Below, piece by piece: positions 62,105-64,000 of a stretch of 64,000 nt of DNA; position 1 is the stretch's first letter, and each line of letters starts with the position of its first letter. Position numbers and translations under genes: made by a program. Below the pieces are notes generated by a model. The model did not search any database, was not told where the DNA came from, and was given only the letters and a program-made list of their open reading frames with translations. Location of the stretch: assembly GCA_017631155.1 (NCBI GenBank), contig JAGBTV010000021.1, forward strand, positions 4 to 64,003. Direction: 5' to 3'. Origin of the DNA: Oscillospiraceae bacterium (lineage in GTDB: Bacteria > Bacillota > Clostridia > Oscillospirales > Oscillospiraceae).

Positions 62105-64000
62105 ATGTTAAAGCGGACGATCTGCGTGTTGTTATCTGCCTGCATGCTGATGGGCATGGTCCCGTTATCAGCCCGCGCAGAAGGCGAAGCGGAAGCGACA
62201 ACACAGGCAACAGAAACGACTGCCCCTCCCACTGAAACGAACCCTCCGGAAACAACACCTCCTGAGGATGACTATACAGAAAACCTGACGCGCATGTCGG
62301 ATGCCGCCATTGCCCTTTTGAAGCAATATGAGGGTTTTAGCAAGTATCCGCACTGGGATGTATCCCAGTGGTCTGTTGGTTACGGTACAAGATGCCCCGG
62401 TGATAAGCTGGAGAAGTGGAAAGTCACAGGTATTACCGAGCGGGAAGCAGAGAGCTTGCTCAATGGCTTTGTCAACAATTTCGGTGCCAAGCTGGATGCT
62501 TTTATTGCGAAACATAAATTAAATCTGAACCAATATCAGTATGATGCGCTGATGCTCTTTACATACAACTGCGGTGCCGGCTGGATGAACCAAACCGGAC
62601 TTTTGCAGACAGCTGTGATTACCGGTGCAACAGGCAATGATTTTATCTACCCCTTTGTGCTTTGGTGTAAAGCAGACCGCGTGTTTTCCAACGGACTGAT
62701 TGAGCGCCGCTTGGCGGAAGCCAATCTCTACCTCAATGGTGTTTATGGCCGTAAACCGCCCAAAGATTACAGCTTTGTCCGGTTTGATACCAATGGCGGA
62801 ACCTCTGATTATGGCGTACAAGGCTTTGATGTGGATGAGCCTGTGCCGATCAAAGTAATTGCAGCAACTACCTATACCGCCAGCAATGGCGCAGTCTATG
62901 AATTTGAAGGCTGGTATGACAAGCGTGTCGGCGGCAACAAGATAGAAGTTTTGGATGCAAGCCGCGGCTATGCCACTTACCTCTATGCCCATTGGAAACT
63001 GATCAAAGAGGGGACAGGTTCATCGGATAACAGCGGCGCGTCTACCTTGGTGGATGTGACGGTCACTGCTACGAATTTGAATTATAGAAACGGTCCCGGT
63101 ACCAATTATGAGGCTTTGGGCAGCTATCCCAAGGGACGGCAGCTGACGATTGTTGAAACGAAAAGTGCTTCCGGATATCTTTGGGGCAGAGTGGCCAATA
63201 CCGGCACACCGGGCTATTGGGTGGCTTTGGAGCATACCGATTATTATCAGGTAATTCAAGACCAACAGCAGCCTACAACCCCTCCCACAACCCAGCCGCC
63301 TACCACCAAACCAACCCAGCCGCCTACTACCAAACCCACAGAGCCGGAGAGTACCTTCGGAACTTGGATGGGTGTGGTGAAGCTCAATGACCCAGGCTCT
63401 AAGCTGTATATCCGAAGCAAGCCTGATGTGAGTTCCAATTCCCTTGGATATTTACTTCATGGGGATAAAGTGACTATTGTTGAACGGAAAACCATAAACA
63501 ATGTGGAATGGGGCAAGATGCAAGCAGGCTGGATATGCCTGAACTATGTGTCCTTTGATCCGGCGGATGTAAATCCTCCTACCCAGCCTACACCCACGCA
63601 GCCAAAGCCTACAGAGCCTAAGCCTACAGAGCCTAAGCCCACTGAGCCTAAGCCTACAGAGCCCAAGCCTACAGAGCCCAAGCCTACAGAGCCTAAGCCC
63701 ACAGAGCCTAAGCCTACAGAGCCTGCACCCACAGATCCTACAGAGTCGGAACCTACAGAACCTTCCCAAACGGATACCCCTGAAACGGTATTTCCCGACG
63801 GTGACGGCTATTGGATCGGTGTGGTAAATACAGCCTTCTTGCCGATTCGCAGCGCTGCCGGTACGATCTATCCCATTATTGGCTATTGTAAGCTCAATGA
63901 CAGCTTGGAGATCACCCGCTGCATTACCGTGGACGGACAGCTTTGGGGCAAAGTAAGTGGCGGATGGATCTGTCTGTCCTTCGTGACTTTGGACGGAGAA
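62105..64000 (+). CDS. Secreted cell-wall hydrolase: GH24 (phage-type) lysozyme, B-repeat, several SH3b domains, Pro/Thr linkers; 3'-truncated by window edge
   Basis: Not in the ORF track (no stop codon). AAGGAG RBS; my translation gives MLKRTICVLLSACMLMGMVPLSARA, LKQYEGFSKYPHWDVSQWSVGYG, QYDALMLFTYNCG, GLIERRLAEANLY, FEGWY..LYAHW, LNYRNGPGTNY, GWICLNYV. Confidence 0.85.
   Translation, partial: MLKRTICVLLSACMLMGMVPLSARAEGEAEATTQATETTAPPTETNPPETTPPEDDYTENLTRMSDAAIALLKQYEGFSKYPHWDVSQWSVGYGTRCPGDKLEKWKVTGITEREAESLLNGFVNNFGAKLDAFIAKHKLNLNQYQYDALMLFTYNCGAGWMNQTGLLQTAVITGATGNDFIYPFVLWCKADRVFSNGLIERRLAEANLYLNGVYGRKPPKDYSFVRFDTNGGTSDYGVQGFDVDEPVPIKVIAATTYTASNGAVYEFEGWYDKRVGGNKIEVLDASRGYATYLYAHWKLIKEGTGSSDNSGASTLVDVTVTATNLNYRNGPGTNYEALGSYPKGRQLTIVETKSASGYLWGRVANTGTPGYWVALEHTDYYQVIQDQQQPTTPPTTQPPTTKPTQPPTTKPTEPESTFGTWMGVVKLNDPGSKLYIRSKPDVSSNSLGYLLHGDKVTIVERKTINNVEWGKMQAGWICLNYVSFDPADVNPPTQPTPTQPKPTEPKPTEPKPTEPKPTEPKPTEPKPTEPKPTEPKPTEPAPTDPTESEPTEPSQTDTPETVFPDGDGYWIGVVNTAFLPIRSAAGTIYPIIGYCKLNDSLEITRCITVDGQLWGKVSGGWICLSFVTLDGE
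63593..63727 (+). repeat. 15-bp tandem repeat encoding a (PTEPK)n linker
   Basis: ccYacWgagccYaag x7 flanked by PTQPK and PTEPA units, in frame with 62105. Confidence 0.92.

Noticed and set aside
62105-62760. Prophage inferred from the GH24 lysozyme domain
   Set aside because: Signal peptide, SH3 domains and housekeeping neighbours; no holin, structural or integrase genes.
63593-63727. Possible CRISPR-like array
   Set aside because: Contiguous 15-bp coding repeats with no spacers and no cas genes.

Overview
Chromosomal, mostly housekeeping/metabolic segment from an anaerobic Firmicute (gene content and promoter/RBS style suggest a gut or rumen Oscillospiraceae-like clostridium; this is inference). 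It holds about 55 CDS, three T-box leaders, one c-di-GMP-I riboswitch and many intrinsic terminators. I saw no rRNA, tRNA, CRISPR array, integrase or transposase. The main finding is a ~15 kb locus (12378-27197) with three different acyl-CoA synthetases, each behind its own T-box. Read in one common register, the specifier codons are GUC (Val), AUC (Ile) and CUG (Leu). The locus also encodes a 2-oxoisovalerate-type ferredoxin oxidoreductase, a Leu/Val dehydrogenase, an uncharacterised P-loop NTPase, a nitrilase-family amidase and a catalytically eroded LeuA homologue. I infer a tRNA-sensed pathway that makes Val/Ile/Leu from isobutyrate/2-methylbutyrate/isovalerate by CoA activation, reductive carboxylation and reductive amination. 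A second module (51009-58369) links a REC-HD-GYP-PAS-GGDEF-GAF enzyme, an unknown small protein, the c-di-GMP-I riboswitch and a sortase-anchored VWA adhesin. A large secreted GH24 lysozyme/SH3 protein (62105 to window end) is missing from the ORF track because it has no stop codon in the window. All calls come from reading motifs by eye; no database searches were run.
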